Positions 57,350 to 64,000 of a stretch of DNA of 64,000 nt are shown piece by piece. The stretch comes from a virus. Position numbers and translations under genes: made by a program. The stretch spans positions 18,852 to 82,851 of the IMG/VR virus record IMGVR_UViG_3300017917_001151; one strand, given 5' to 3'. The stretch's first letter is position 1. Each line of letters opens with the position of its first letter. Below the pieces are notes generated by a model. The model was not told the DNA's origin. It worked only from the letters and a program-made list of their open reading frames with translations, and did not search any database.

Positions 57350-57626
57350 GGACCCTGTTTTTTTGGTGTTGCTCAAAAGCCACACCTCGATTGATCCAAT
57401 CTTGATAGAGATCAGGACTACCGTAGCTGCCTCTAGGCGCTTTGTGGATGATATATTCTACGATGTGTCCTAGTGCTTCTTTGTTCCAACGATCTGCCCT
57501 TCGAACAGCACCGTAGATATCACCGCATAGTAAACTGCTCAAAAAGCCTCCGGGACTGTAGCCGTGGGTCCAATATCTGTCCAACGCTTCTACAGTATGA
57601 CTAGGAACATTACTTTCATCATTCAT
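57330..57626 (-). CDS. Hypothetical protein
   Basis: HG..PGGFL, RAD and P..SYGS motifs; TAATG coupling. Confidence 0.75.
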   Translation of the reverse strand: MNDESNVPSHTVEALDRYWTHGYSPGGFLSSLLCGDIYGAVRRADRWNKEALGHIVEYIIHKAPRGSYGSPDLYQDWINRGVAFEQHQKNRVLDYLSN

Positions 57627-57817
57627 TACCAATCCTCCACGCCTGCAATATCAACCTTAACTTTAGCAGGTCGATCGTTAATATCCATGTCCATTGTGAG
57701 GGTTAGGATACTACCAATTCCGCTAGAGTTATCCGCTTCAAGTTTATAACTTCTAGCGTCATCAAATTCGTTCATAACTGCTAGAATCTTTTCGACATCT
57801 TTTTTAGTGATATACAT
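57626..57817 (-). CDS. Small hypothetical protein
   Basis: AGGAG RBS; SSGIG motif. Confidence 0.75.
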   Translation of the reverse strand: MYITKKDVEKILAVMNEFDDARSYKLEADNSSGIGSILTLTMDMDINDRPAKVKVDIAGVEDW

Positions 57818-58329
57818 CAGATATCTCCTTCACGTTGCGGCGGCACCCAAATCTTTTTGTTGCCTAATTCATCATATTCGAACGGCACACCGTTTATAGT
57901 GTGCGGTTCGTTTTCATCGTAGGTCCAACCCAAAACTTTCATCATCTTGTGTTTAACCATCAAGTTAGGGCTACGATATGTTTCTGTATCACGGAAGCCC
58001 ATCATGACTCCAACTTCACAGACCGCGCCCGAACGACATACACCAGCAACACAATGAACGATAACGTCCATTCTGTTATCCAATGCGTGTTGTAGCAAGC
58101 GAACCAGTTCTGCGGCCTGCTCGTCGGTAATCTTAAATTCCTCACCCCATTTGTCATCACGCTCAAGATCTAGAAATTCAAATTGATAAACTTCACGGAA
58201 TTGATGTTTCGGAGTAGGAAACTCCATAGCAGGATCTACAATTTGGATCAGCATAGAGTTTTCCTTAACAGCCACATGATGACCTTTAGGAATATCTGCC
58301 AGCGATACATTTTGGATCCACGGATTCAT
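57817..58329 (-). CDS. Cys-based (PTP/dual-specificity-like) phosphatase
   Basis: VHCVAGVCRS (CX5R) motif. Confidence 0.8.
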   Translation of the reverse strand: MNPWIQNVSLADIPKGHHVAVKENSMLIQIVDPAMEFPTPKHQFREVYQFEFLDLERDDKWGEEFKITDEQAAELVRLLQHALDNRMDVIVHCVAGVCRSGAVCEVGVMMGFRDTETYRSPNLMVKHKMMKVLGWTYDENEPHTINGVPFEYDELGNKKIWVPPQREGDI

Positions 58330-58330
58330 T

Positions 58331-58771
58331 TTAAATTCCTTTTCCAAGTTTTGAATATTCTTCTTTTAAAATTTTTAGAATCTCTTCTGACTGGTCAAAT
58401 TCTTGAATAACTTCAACGACATCAAGTTCTTTGCTTACCGGAAACTTTTTGTGCTTCTTCGGACTAGGCTTTTTAAGACCTAGCAGTTCTTTTTCTTCGT
58501 CAGTGAGTCGATCTAGTGCTTCTTGGCGAATTCTTGCTTTTCGTTCTTCTTCTGCTATACGAGCTTTTTCTGCTCGGTCTGCTTTAACGTGAGCTTCCCA
58601 CCAATCGCGGACTTCTTCGTTTTTAAGAACTAGGAAATCTGCTTTGCCTTGACGAACGAGTTCTTCCATAGCCGCACAAGCGATTCTAGCCATTTTGTCC
58701 AGTTCTGCTTTAAGTTTAGGAGCAGAACTGCTGACTCCCCAATCGTCGCTTTCATAGTGTCTGCAGGGCAT
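58331..58771 (-). CDS. Hypothetical protein
   Basis: MPC start; WW..H...D coiled region; AGGAG RBS. Confidence 0.75.
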   Translation of the reverse strand: MPCRHYESDDWGVSSSAPKLKAELDKMARIACAAMEELVRQGKADFLVLKNEEVRDWWEAHVKADRAEKARIAEEERKARIRQEALDRLTDEEKELLGLKKPSPKKHKKFPVSKELDVVEVIQEFDQSEEILKILKEEYSKLGKGI

Positions 58772-58781
58772 AACGATCTCC

Positions 58782-58886
58782 TTACATAATTGCTAGAATA
58801 AAGATGAATAGAGCAATGACAGGGCTACCGGTCATTAGAGCAAACATCGCTAGGATAGTTCCAAAGAATACTTTGTCATCGCTCAT
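58782..58886 (-). CDS. Small hydrophobic membrane peptide (34 aa)
   Basis: Hand-translated MSDDKVFFGTILAMFALMTGSPVIALFIFILAIM; AGGAG RBS; ATGA coupling. Confidence 0.6.
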   Translation of the reverse strand: MSDDKVFFGTILAMFALMTGSPVIALFIFILAIM

Positions 58887-59137
58887 TTCACTTCTCCTGC
58901 GTGTTTGATGATAAACATAGTTACTTCGGGGCCGTCGAGTTTAACACAATCCACAGGATATTTGTTTTTCTCTGAGCCCCAACCGTTTTTACCAATACGG
59001 CGAACGCCAATCATCTTAGGATTAATCTTACGAACAACTCCGATGACTAAACTATTGCTCTGAGGATAGGCAACACAGTCGCCCATGTTTAAGACACGAC
59101 CAAGTTGGTCTCGGTGTTCTGGGAGTTCTTTTGCCAT
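58883..59137 (-). CDS. Small SH3-like hypothetical protein
   Basis: D.LGR.L..GD.VAY motif. Confidence 0.7.
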   Translation of the reverse strand: MAKELPEHRDQLGRVLNMGDCVAYPQSNSLVIGVVRKINPKMIGVRRIGKNGWGSEKNKYPVDCVKLDGPEVTMFIIKHAGEVK

Positions 59138-59805
59138 AATAGATCTAGATTGCCTTTCAGAATCTGTGAGCAGGTTGCTCGTTTGCCTGTTACGTGATCT
59201 TGGACAGAATCATCTTGGAATCTATATGTGCGGATTTTGTCTCCACGCATACCCGATCCTACCTGACGCTTTCTATCGTTTGCTATGTTACTATTATACG
59301 ATCTTTTGACGGTTTCGTCAAGTTGATTTTGGATAGCAGACATAGCCTGATCTAGGCTATTTTGGCGACTACGGCATTCTGCTTTGGCTGTGATACCTGT
59401 GGGAAGGTGTGTGATACGGCAGCTATTTTGGTGCTTGTTCCGATATTGTCCACCAGCACCTGTACCGCTATACCATTCAATCTTTAGATCGTTTTTGGCA
59501 ACAGCAACAGATCCAATTTCTGTTGTGCGGTCTATGACGGCAACAGTAACGGTGCTAGTGTGGACTCGGCCCTTCCTTTCGGTCGGAGGCACTCGCTGGA
59601 TTCTATGACCACCGGGCTCATTGTCTAAGCCGGATAGATCTTTGCCCTCTACAAGTAAACTACACTCGCCAGGACGAACATCTATCAGGCGGGTAGTTCA
59701 ACCCTTTTTGGCTCCGAGTTTCTGATACGCACCCGCGAGATCAGACACAAACAGTTTACTATCTTCTCCGCCCTCTGCGGCACGGATTTCAATCACTCGT
59801 TTCAT
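59089..59805 (-). CDS. RF1-like class I peptide release factor lacking domain 1, with in-frame UGA at codon 36
   Basis: AGGAG RBS and ATG 59805 give MKRVIEIRAAEGGEDS..AKKG-TGA-TTRL..E.GGHRIQRVPPTE..GRVHTS..GAGGQ..RTY in one frame. Confidence 0.85.
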
Positions 59806-59814
59806 AGTTACTCC

Positions 59815-60033
59815 TTATAAACGATATGTAACACGACCTTTGGTTAGATCGTATGCACTAACTTCTACTCTTACTTTGTCACCTAAGATAATTTTAATCT
59901 TGTGCTGTTTAAGTTTGCCACCGGTATAGCAGGTAATTGTACTAGGCATCTCGTTGAGTTTTACCTTATACATACTGCCCGGAAGGACTTCTTCTACTGT
60001 GCCTGTGAGTTCAATTAAATCAGCTTTTGACAT
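59815..60033 (-). CDS. infA: Translation initiation factor IF-1
   Basis: 72 aa; MSKADLIE..G.V.E.LP, GK, GD.V.VE.S.YDLTKGR motifs. Confidence 0.93.
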   Translation of the reverse strand: MSKADLIELTGTVEEVLPGSMYKVKLNEMPSTITCYTGGKLKQHKIKIILGDKVRVEVSAYDLTKGRVTYRL

Positions 60034-60244
60034 ATCTTCTCTTGTACCAACTGTAAGTTTCTCCGTTTGGCAATTTGCCTTCTTTGATTTCGTCAGCGCC
60101 AAAGACACCAACTATTTCCATACCGCCACCGTTTATTGTGACCAGTATGCCCAATTCTTTTGCGAAAGCTAGAGCTTCCGATAGATCTTTTACTGCTTCC
60201 TCACAGCCTCTACCCGCTGTGTCTTTCCATTCTACTTTATACAT
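60020..60244 (-). CDS. Small hypothetical protein
   Basis: MYKVEWKD start at ATG 60244; G.FGAD..G.LPNG..Y.W.KRR motif. Confidence 0.7.
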   Translation of the reverse strand: MYKVEWKDTAGRGCEEAVKDLSEALAFAKELGILVTINGGGMEIVGVFGADEIKEGKLPNGETYSWYKRRYVKS

Positions 60245-60250
60245 TCTACT

Positions 60251-60279
60251 ATTATATATCCGTTTTGTCTGTGTGTCAA
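60251..60279 (-). promoter_or_regulatory. Consensus sigma70 promoter for the hypothetical-infA-RF operon
   Basis: TTGACA-N17-TATAAT; predicted +1 falls on ATG 60244. Confidence 0.88.
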
Positions 60280-60280
60280 G

Positions 60281-60354
60281 TGGTGCTCCAACCAAGAATT
60301 GAACTTGGATCTGCACTTTACCAAAGTGCTGTTCTACCATTTAACTATAGGAGC
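60281..60354 (-). tRNA. tRNA-Thr(GGT)
   Basis: Cloverleaf; GCACT-TTGGTAA-AGTGC; encoded CCA. Confidence 0.92.
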
Positions 60355-60358
60355 ATAT

Positions 60359-60433
60359 TGGCCCGGCTAGCAGGAATCGAACCCACATTCACTCTTTAGA
60401 AGAGAGTTGTATTCTCCATTATACGATAGCCAG
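60359..60433 (-). tRNA. tRNA-Arg(TCT)
   Basis: ACTCT-CTTCTAA-AGAGT; encoded CCA. Confidence 0.92.
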
Positions 60434-60434
60434 A

Positions 60435-60872
60435 TTATCTGTCGAACATTGTAAGACCGTTGAGGTGGTCTAGTTCGTGTTGGAAACATCTTGCGGCCCA
60501 ACCATCTAACCACTCTAGGGTTTCTTTGCCCTGTGCGGAATAGTAGCGGACTAAGATTTTCTTTGGCCTGTTTATTTCGCAGAACTGTCCCGAGAAGCTT
60601 AGACAACCTTCTGTGAGGTTTACCTGCTCTTCGCTGGATTCTACAATCTCAGGATTGAAGCAGTGATAAAACTTGTTGTCTACAAACATTACAAACAATC
60701 TAACATTTAAACCGCATTGATTAGCGGCCAAGCCCATGCCGCGTTCTTTCTGCATAGTGCGGATCATTTGATGTGCTAGTTCTAGATTCTTTTTAGGACG
60801 TTCAAAGGTTACTGGCGCACAGACGTCTTTTAATACTGAGCTATCTAGTTTTAAATTAGTAAACTTCAACAT
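60435..60872 (-). CDS. def: Peptide deformylase
   Basis: GMGLAANQ, EGCLS and QHELDHL motifs. Confidence 0.95.
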   Translation of the reverse strand: MLKFTNLKLDSSVLKDVCAPVTFERPKKNLELAHQMIRTMQKERGMGLAANQCGLNVRLFVMFVDNKFYHCFNPEIVESSEEQVNLTEGCLSFSGQFCEINRPKKILVRYYSAQGKETLEWLDGWAARCFQHELDHLNGLTMFDR

Positions 60873-61428
60873 CTGCGGCTAGAATAAACCTATATTGATT
60901 ACTTTGTACGATACCTGGTCTATGCCAGGTTTGGCTAGGATAGACGATCCAATGTCCGTCATTTGGACGAACGAAGAATTTACCATCGCCATCTACACCG
61001 TTGGGTGCTATTTCTGTTCCGCAGTAGTCTCGATCTTTTACATCATCGGGAATATGCAGATACCAAATACCACTGAACATACGAGCACCGGGCTGTGTTG
61101 GATGCCAGTGGTCATGCCATAGTTTTTCGCGATCTTCGGCACCCTCGAGATTGGTCATAAAAGACCAAGCCATCATATTACCAACTTTGGCTTCACGACC
61201 TAGGTACATGAATACGGAAAATAGAAAGCTCATACGATACTTTAACCAAACAGCTTCGGGTCTACCAAAAATATTTTCTTTGGTCTGATACTTAGGACTG
61301 TTAGTGAAGTAGTTGCCACCTTCGATTATTTGTTTGATTATTTCGCAGGCTTCAAAGTCATCCTGTTTAGTGATCAAAGAACTAAAATCGTATTTGCGAA
61401 CTAGAGCGTTTTCTTCTATAGCTATCAT
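60856..61428 (-). CDS. Putative Fe(II)/2OG oxygenase
   Basis: WHDH, SGIWYL and WHRP...RFILA motifs. Confidence 0.65.
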   Translation of the reverse strand: MIAIEENALVRKYDFSSLITKQDDFEACEIIKQIIEGGNYFTNSPKYQTKENIFGRPEAVWLKYRMSFLFSVFMYLGREAKVGNMMAWSFMTNLEGAEDREKLWHDHWHPTQPGARMFSGIWYLHIPDDVKDRDYCGTEIAPNGVDGDGKFFVRPNDGHWIVYPSQTWHRPGIVQSNQYRFILAADVEVY

Positions 61429-61433
61429 GAATT

Positions 61434-61506
61434 TGGAGCGGGTAGTCGGATTCGAACCGGCTTCATTAGCTTGGAAGGCTAAGTCCTCTCCCAGGAGAAT
61501 ACCCGC
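61434..61506 (-). tRNA. tRNA-Gly(TCC) with atypical D arm
   Basis: TTAGC-CTTCCAA-GCTAA; U73 and CCA; 73 nt. Confidence 0.85.
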
Positions 61507-61557
61507 ATTGTTTGTGACACAGTACTTATCCTATTATACGCCCGTGTCCGGCGAACC

Positions 61558-61631
61558 TGGTTGCGGGAGGCGGAATCGAACCACCATCTGAAGCTTATGA
61601 GACTTCTGAATTACCGTTACTCTATCCCGCG
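61558..61631 (-). tRNA. tRNA-Met(CAT), initiator-like
   Basis: C1:A72 mismatch; A11-U24; CTCATAA loop; CCA. Confidence 0.88.
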
Positions 61632-61638
61632 ATAGATA

Positions 61639-62211
61639 TTACAGTAGCTTCTCTGCGGTCAGAGTTGCTACTGTGTCTTCACTGAGAGGAATCTCAGTTT
61701 TGACATTGAACTCAAGGATTTCGTCGTTGAGTTTTTGTTTTTGCTTCTTAAGGTTAAGAACTTCGTTCTTGGCCTGTTCGATCTGCTCTTTGCTGAGCAC
61801 ACTGGTGCTCACTGTGTCGTTGTATCCGTATAGGCTACGACGACCTTCGCCTTTGTCGTTGCGGATCTTATCCAGCTTACCTTTGATGACTTCTAGTTCA
61901 GTCATTACCTGTGCGCTGGCCAACTGCTCTAGTTGTACGATACGCTTATCGATAAAAGCTGCCTTGGCCAGGCTAGTGCTGATACCGCTGGCTGCATTTG
62001 CTGTACCTATCAGGGCACGGATATTGTAGAGAGCCATGGTCAGGCGCTGACGACGACCATCGGCTTCGACGAGATCGTTATTGGCCTTGGCAATAACATC
62101 TTCAACTGTTTGGAACTCGTTGATCTCGACATTGAGATCTACTTTGATGCTTTTGATTACATCTTGGATGCTGTTCTGTAGTGCGTTTGCTTTTCTTAGT
62201 GTGATGTTCAT
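61639..62211 (-). CDS. Helical coiled-coil protein (190 aa)
   Basis: MNITLRKANALQ start after AGAGAG; heptad-rich; C-terminal L..N..TEI motif. Confidence 0.8.
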   Translation of the reverse strand: MNITLRKANALQNSIQDVIKSIKVDLNVEINEFQTVEDVIAKANNDLVEADGRRQRLTMALYNIRALIGTANAASGISTSLAKAAFIDKRIVQLEQLASAQVMTELEVIKGKLDKIRNDKGEGRRSLYGYNDTVSTSVLSKEQIEQAKNEVLNLKKQKQKLNDEILEFNVKTEIPLSEDTVATLTAEKLL

Positions 62212-62231
62212 TTGTGTCTCTCTTTTAAAAT

Positions 62232-62477
62232 AACGGTTTGGTAAAAGGTCAAGTAATAGACCGGACAATTGACAAGACCTATTGTACGACGTCGTCGGTC
62301 TAAGCAATGTGCAATAGACAGGCTACAGAGGCCTGAATATTTCCGATCGGCAATTGACAGGTATATAAGAATCGGTTCACTCAAGCACGGACAGTTTTCA
62401 AGACTGTTTGCCAGGATTAAGTCATTGGCATGAAGCCAATGTTGTCTACCCTCATCTACCTTTTACCTCGCCGGTTG
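62232..62477 (-). ncRNA. Structured, repeat-bearing leader RNA of the coiled-coil gene
   Basis: 10-bp closing helix GGUAAAAGGU/ACCUUUUACC; several internal hairpins; four GUCWAUU repeats. Confidence 0.65.
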
Positions 62478-62501
62478 TGCTATTGCTAACACAACAAAAC
62501 A

Positions 62502-62530
62502 ATTATACGATAAAAAAAGGTGTTTGTCAA
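62502..62530 (-). promoter_or_regulatory. Consensus sigma70 promoter
   Basis: TTGACA(62530-62525)-N17-TATAAT(62507-62502). Confidence 0.88.
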
Positions 62531-62538
62531 CACCTTTT
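62512..62538 (-). terminator. Intrinsic terminator of the tRNA transcript, overlapping the -35 box
   Basis: AAAAGGTGTT-GACA-AACACCTTTTTTT on the minus strand. Confidence 0.75.
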
Positions 62539-62546
62539 GGTAAACC

Positions 62547-62621
62547 TGGTGCTGGTTGTCGGATTTGAACTGACGACCTACTGCTTACAAGGCAGTTGCT
62601 CTACCACTGAGCTAAACCAGC
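62547..62621 (-). tRNA. tRNA-Thr(TGT)
   Basis: ACTGC-CTTGTAA-GCAGT; CCA. Confidence 0.93.
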
Positions 62622-62640
62622 ATACTACTATATATCTTCT

Positions 62641-62716
62641 TGGTGGAGGTAAACGGGATCGAACCGATGACCTTTAGCTTGCAAAGCTACTGCTCTCCCA
62701 GCTGAGCTATACCCCC
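62641..62716 (-). tRNA. tRNA-Ala(TGC)
   Basis: G3:U70 pair; TTTGCAA loop; CCA. Confidence 0.95.
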
Positions 62717-62725
62717 TCAGAATAT

Positions 62726-62926
62726 TTACACTTCTGAACGACCCGAAGTACAAGAATCTGACCACAGTGTCTGTGCCTGCTTCTTATATTCGTTTAATTC
62801 CCATTCAGCTTTTTTAGCCTGATACTGTTCTTCGTTTAGTCCGTGCCAACCGATGCAATCACCAGTCGGTGAACGACCGCAACCGCAGGTACCAATTTTA
62901 CCTTCTGGATTTGCTCTGACCTGCAT
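62726..62926 (-). CDS. CDGSH/NEET-like small Fe-S- or Zn-binding protein
   Basis: CGCGRSPTGDCIGWH resembles the C-x-C-x2-S-x3-P-x-C-D-G-S-H motif. Confidence 0.6.
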   Translation of the reverse strand: MQVRANPEGKIGTCGCGRSPTGDCIGWHGLNEEQYQAKKAEWELNEYKKQAQTLWSDSCTSGRSEV

Positions 62927-63105
62927 TATTCGCTCCTATCAGTCTTACGACCTTTTTCACGTTTAGGTTGAATAGCAGCGGCAAGCTCTGCACCGATCAT
63001 TGCACGTTTCCATGCATTACGATCATCTGCATTGCGATATTGACCTAACGCAAGACTGCGTTTAGTCTGAGCACTCATACGATAATTTGGACCTGGTTTT
63101 AACAT
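62926..63105 (-). CDS. Small basic hypothetical protein (59 aa)
   Basis: Hand-translated MLKPGPNYRMSAQTKRSLA...; GAGGA RBS; TAATG coupling. Confidence 0.7.
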   Translation of the reverse strand: MLKPGPNYRMSAQTKRSLALGQYRNADDRNAWKRAMIGAELAAAIQPKREKGRKTDRSE

Positions 63106-63127
63106 TTATTATCCTCTTTTTAAAATC

Positions 63128-63215
63128 TGGCGGAGAGTATAGGATTCGAACCTATGCGCCCATTTCTGAACGACGGTTTAGCAAACCGCTGCCTTAACCA
63201 CTCGGCCAACTCTCC
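63128..63215 (-). tRNA. tRNA-Ser(GCT)
   Basis: Long variable arm; TTGCTAA loop; G73 and CCA. Confidence 0.95.
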
Positions 63216-63220
63216 ATAAC

Positions 63221-63295
63221 TGGTGCATCGACAAGGGATTGAACCTTGGACCTTCGCCTTGTAAGGGCGTTGCTCTACCGCTGAGCTATCGATGC
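63221..63295 (-). tRNA. tRNA-Val(TAC)
   Basis: CTTACAA loop; CCA. Confidence 0.93.
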
Positions 63296-63303
63296 AAATT
63301 CTA

Positions 63304-63417
63304 TTAACTCGGTACTACATGCGGTATATAAGGCACTGCTCTAGGACCGCCATATAGTTGTTCAAAAAGTTTTTTAGCTTCTTGCGGTGTGCGTACTGTT
63401 GTTTCATACATTGGCAT
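63304..63417 (-). CDS. Small hypothetical protein (37 aa)
   Basis: AGGAG RBS; MPMYETTVRTPQEAKKLFEQLYGGPRAVPYIPHVVPS. Confidence 0.55.
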   Translation of the reverse strand: MPMYETTVRTPQEAKKLFEQLYGGPRAVPYIPHVVPS

Positions 63418-63432
63418 ACCGTACTCCTAATA

Positions 63433-63509
63433 TGGTCCGTGTGACACGATTCGAACATGCGACCACCTGGTCCCAAACCAGGAGCTCTACCAGGCTGAGC
63501 TACACACCG
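63433..63509 (-). tRNA. tRNA-Pro(TGG)
   Basis: CCTGG-TTTGGGA-CCAGG; CCA; G2:G71 mismatch. Confidence 0.92.
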
Positions 63510-63596
63510 TACTATTATGAAACACACTAATCTACCCTATGTAGCTATGTTGATCAGTCAAAACATCAAGCTCAACTAATGTGTTTTATAATAGTG

Positions 63597-64000
63597 CCTA
63601 AGGTTGAGATTACACCTTAAGCTAATAGTGCTTCTAGCATTATAGTCAGCCTTGCGAGCCAACCTTCTCTAGACATCCACTAAGACCCTTGCGGTATCCT
63701 AGTCCACTATCAGCATCGCCGTTTTTAAAGACAGGCAGTAGTCTTGTCGCCATATGCTATTCTACGCTTTCTTTTCCGTTGAGCTTGCGACCCATTAAGC
63801 CTTGCGGGCTACGAAACTTCCTGCATAAACAGATTTCACCTTGCGAGCTACGTCTGACTGTATTACCTTTCGGCTACAGTATTAGATGCTTTTCACATAC
63901 GACCGAGGCAGTCTTTGCGTTTTTGTTCGATAGTTGGAGTTGAACCAACAGTCAAATGCTTAAAAGGCATTCGCATTACCATTATGCTATATCAACCTAC
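63597..64000 (-). ncRNA. Large structured ncRNA, GOLLD-like 3' domain (5' part outside window)
   Basis: Five GCAA and one GAAA tetraloop hairpins on the minus strand; terminal AAGGU-GUAAUCUCA-ACCUU hairpin; located in a tRNA cluster. Confidence 0.65.
63925..63996 (-). tRNA. tRNA-Lys(TTT) without encoded CCA, apparently embedded in the large ncRNA
   Basis: AATGC-CTTTTAA-GCATT; T arm GTTGG-TTCAACT-CCAAC; imperfect acceptor end. Confidence 0.75.

Noticed and set aside
59659-59700. Selenocysteine insertion at the RF UGA (SECIS-like hairpin position)
   Set aside because: The position corresponds to a structural aromatic residue rather than a catalytic Cys, and no tRNA-Sec or sel genes are seen. 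It is not formally excluded but is less likely than Trp readthrough.
62212-62307. 32-aa N-terminal extension of the coiled-coil ORF shown in the track
   Set aside because: TTG start without an RBS inside the structured leader; ATG 62211 has a purine-rich RBS.
62254-62359. CRISPR-like mini-array from the CAATWGAC repeats
   Set aside because: Repeats are only 8-9 nt, spacing is irregular, and there are no cas genes.
3138-63943. Many short antisense or alternate-frame ORFs in the track (e.g. 3138, 10841, 14634, 15748, 44827, 61673, 62408, 63315, 63689)
   Set aside because: They shadow well-supported genes, tRNAs or the ncRNA, and lack RBS and recognisable motifs.
1-64000. Genome-wide UGA-to-Trp recoding suggested by the RF1-like gene
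   Set aside because: Long ORFs are intact in code 11, TGA ends many genes in coupled overlaps (19647, 23075, 24453, 29056), and no UCA-anticodon tRNA is present in the window.

Overview
This window is a gene-dense segment of a large T4-like (myovirus-type) phage genome. The host is probably proteobacterial, judging from IscU/IscA, KdsA and consensus sigma70 promoters. Left (1-17 kb): a baseplate/tail-fibre gene, a sod-iscU-iscA operon, uvsE, kdsA, queD behind a preQ1-riboswitch-like leader, thyX, histone-like proteins and an anomalous 112-nt tRNA-like RNA. Centre (17070-54336): about 45 consecutive tailoring-enzyme genes, including 15 radical SAM proteins in 5 paralog groups, about 19 Fe(II)/2OG- or cupin-type oxygenase-like proteins, methyltransferases, kinase-like proteins, acyltransferases, SDR, PLP, QueC-like and AMP-binding enzymes. 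They are arranged in alternating-strand units that start at TAAATA late-promoter-like motifs, often only 4-5 nt before the ATG. Right (54-64 kb): a tail-fibre-like gene, small hypotheticals and a translation module. The module has IF-1, peptide deformylase, an RF1-like release factor interrupted by an in-frame UGA followed by a hairpin, 10 tRNAs, a roughly 280-nt structured repeat-bearing leader RNA before a coiled-coil gene, and a GOLLD-like large ncRNA running off the window end. All calls are by eye from motifs; no database searches or folding programs were run.
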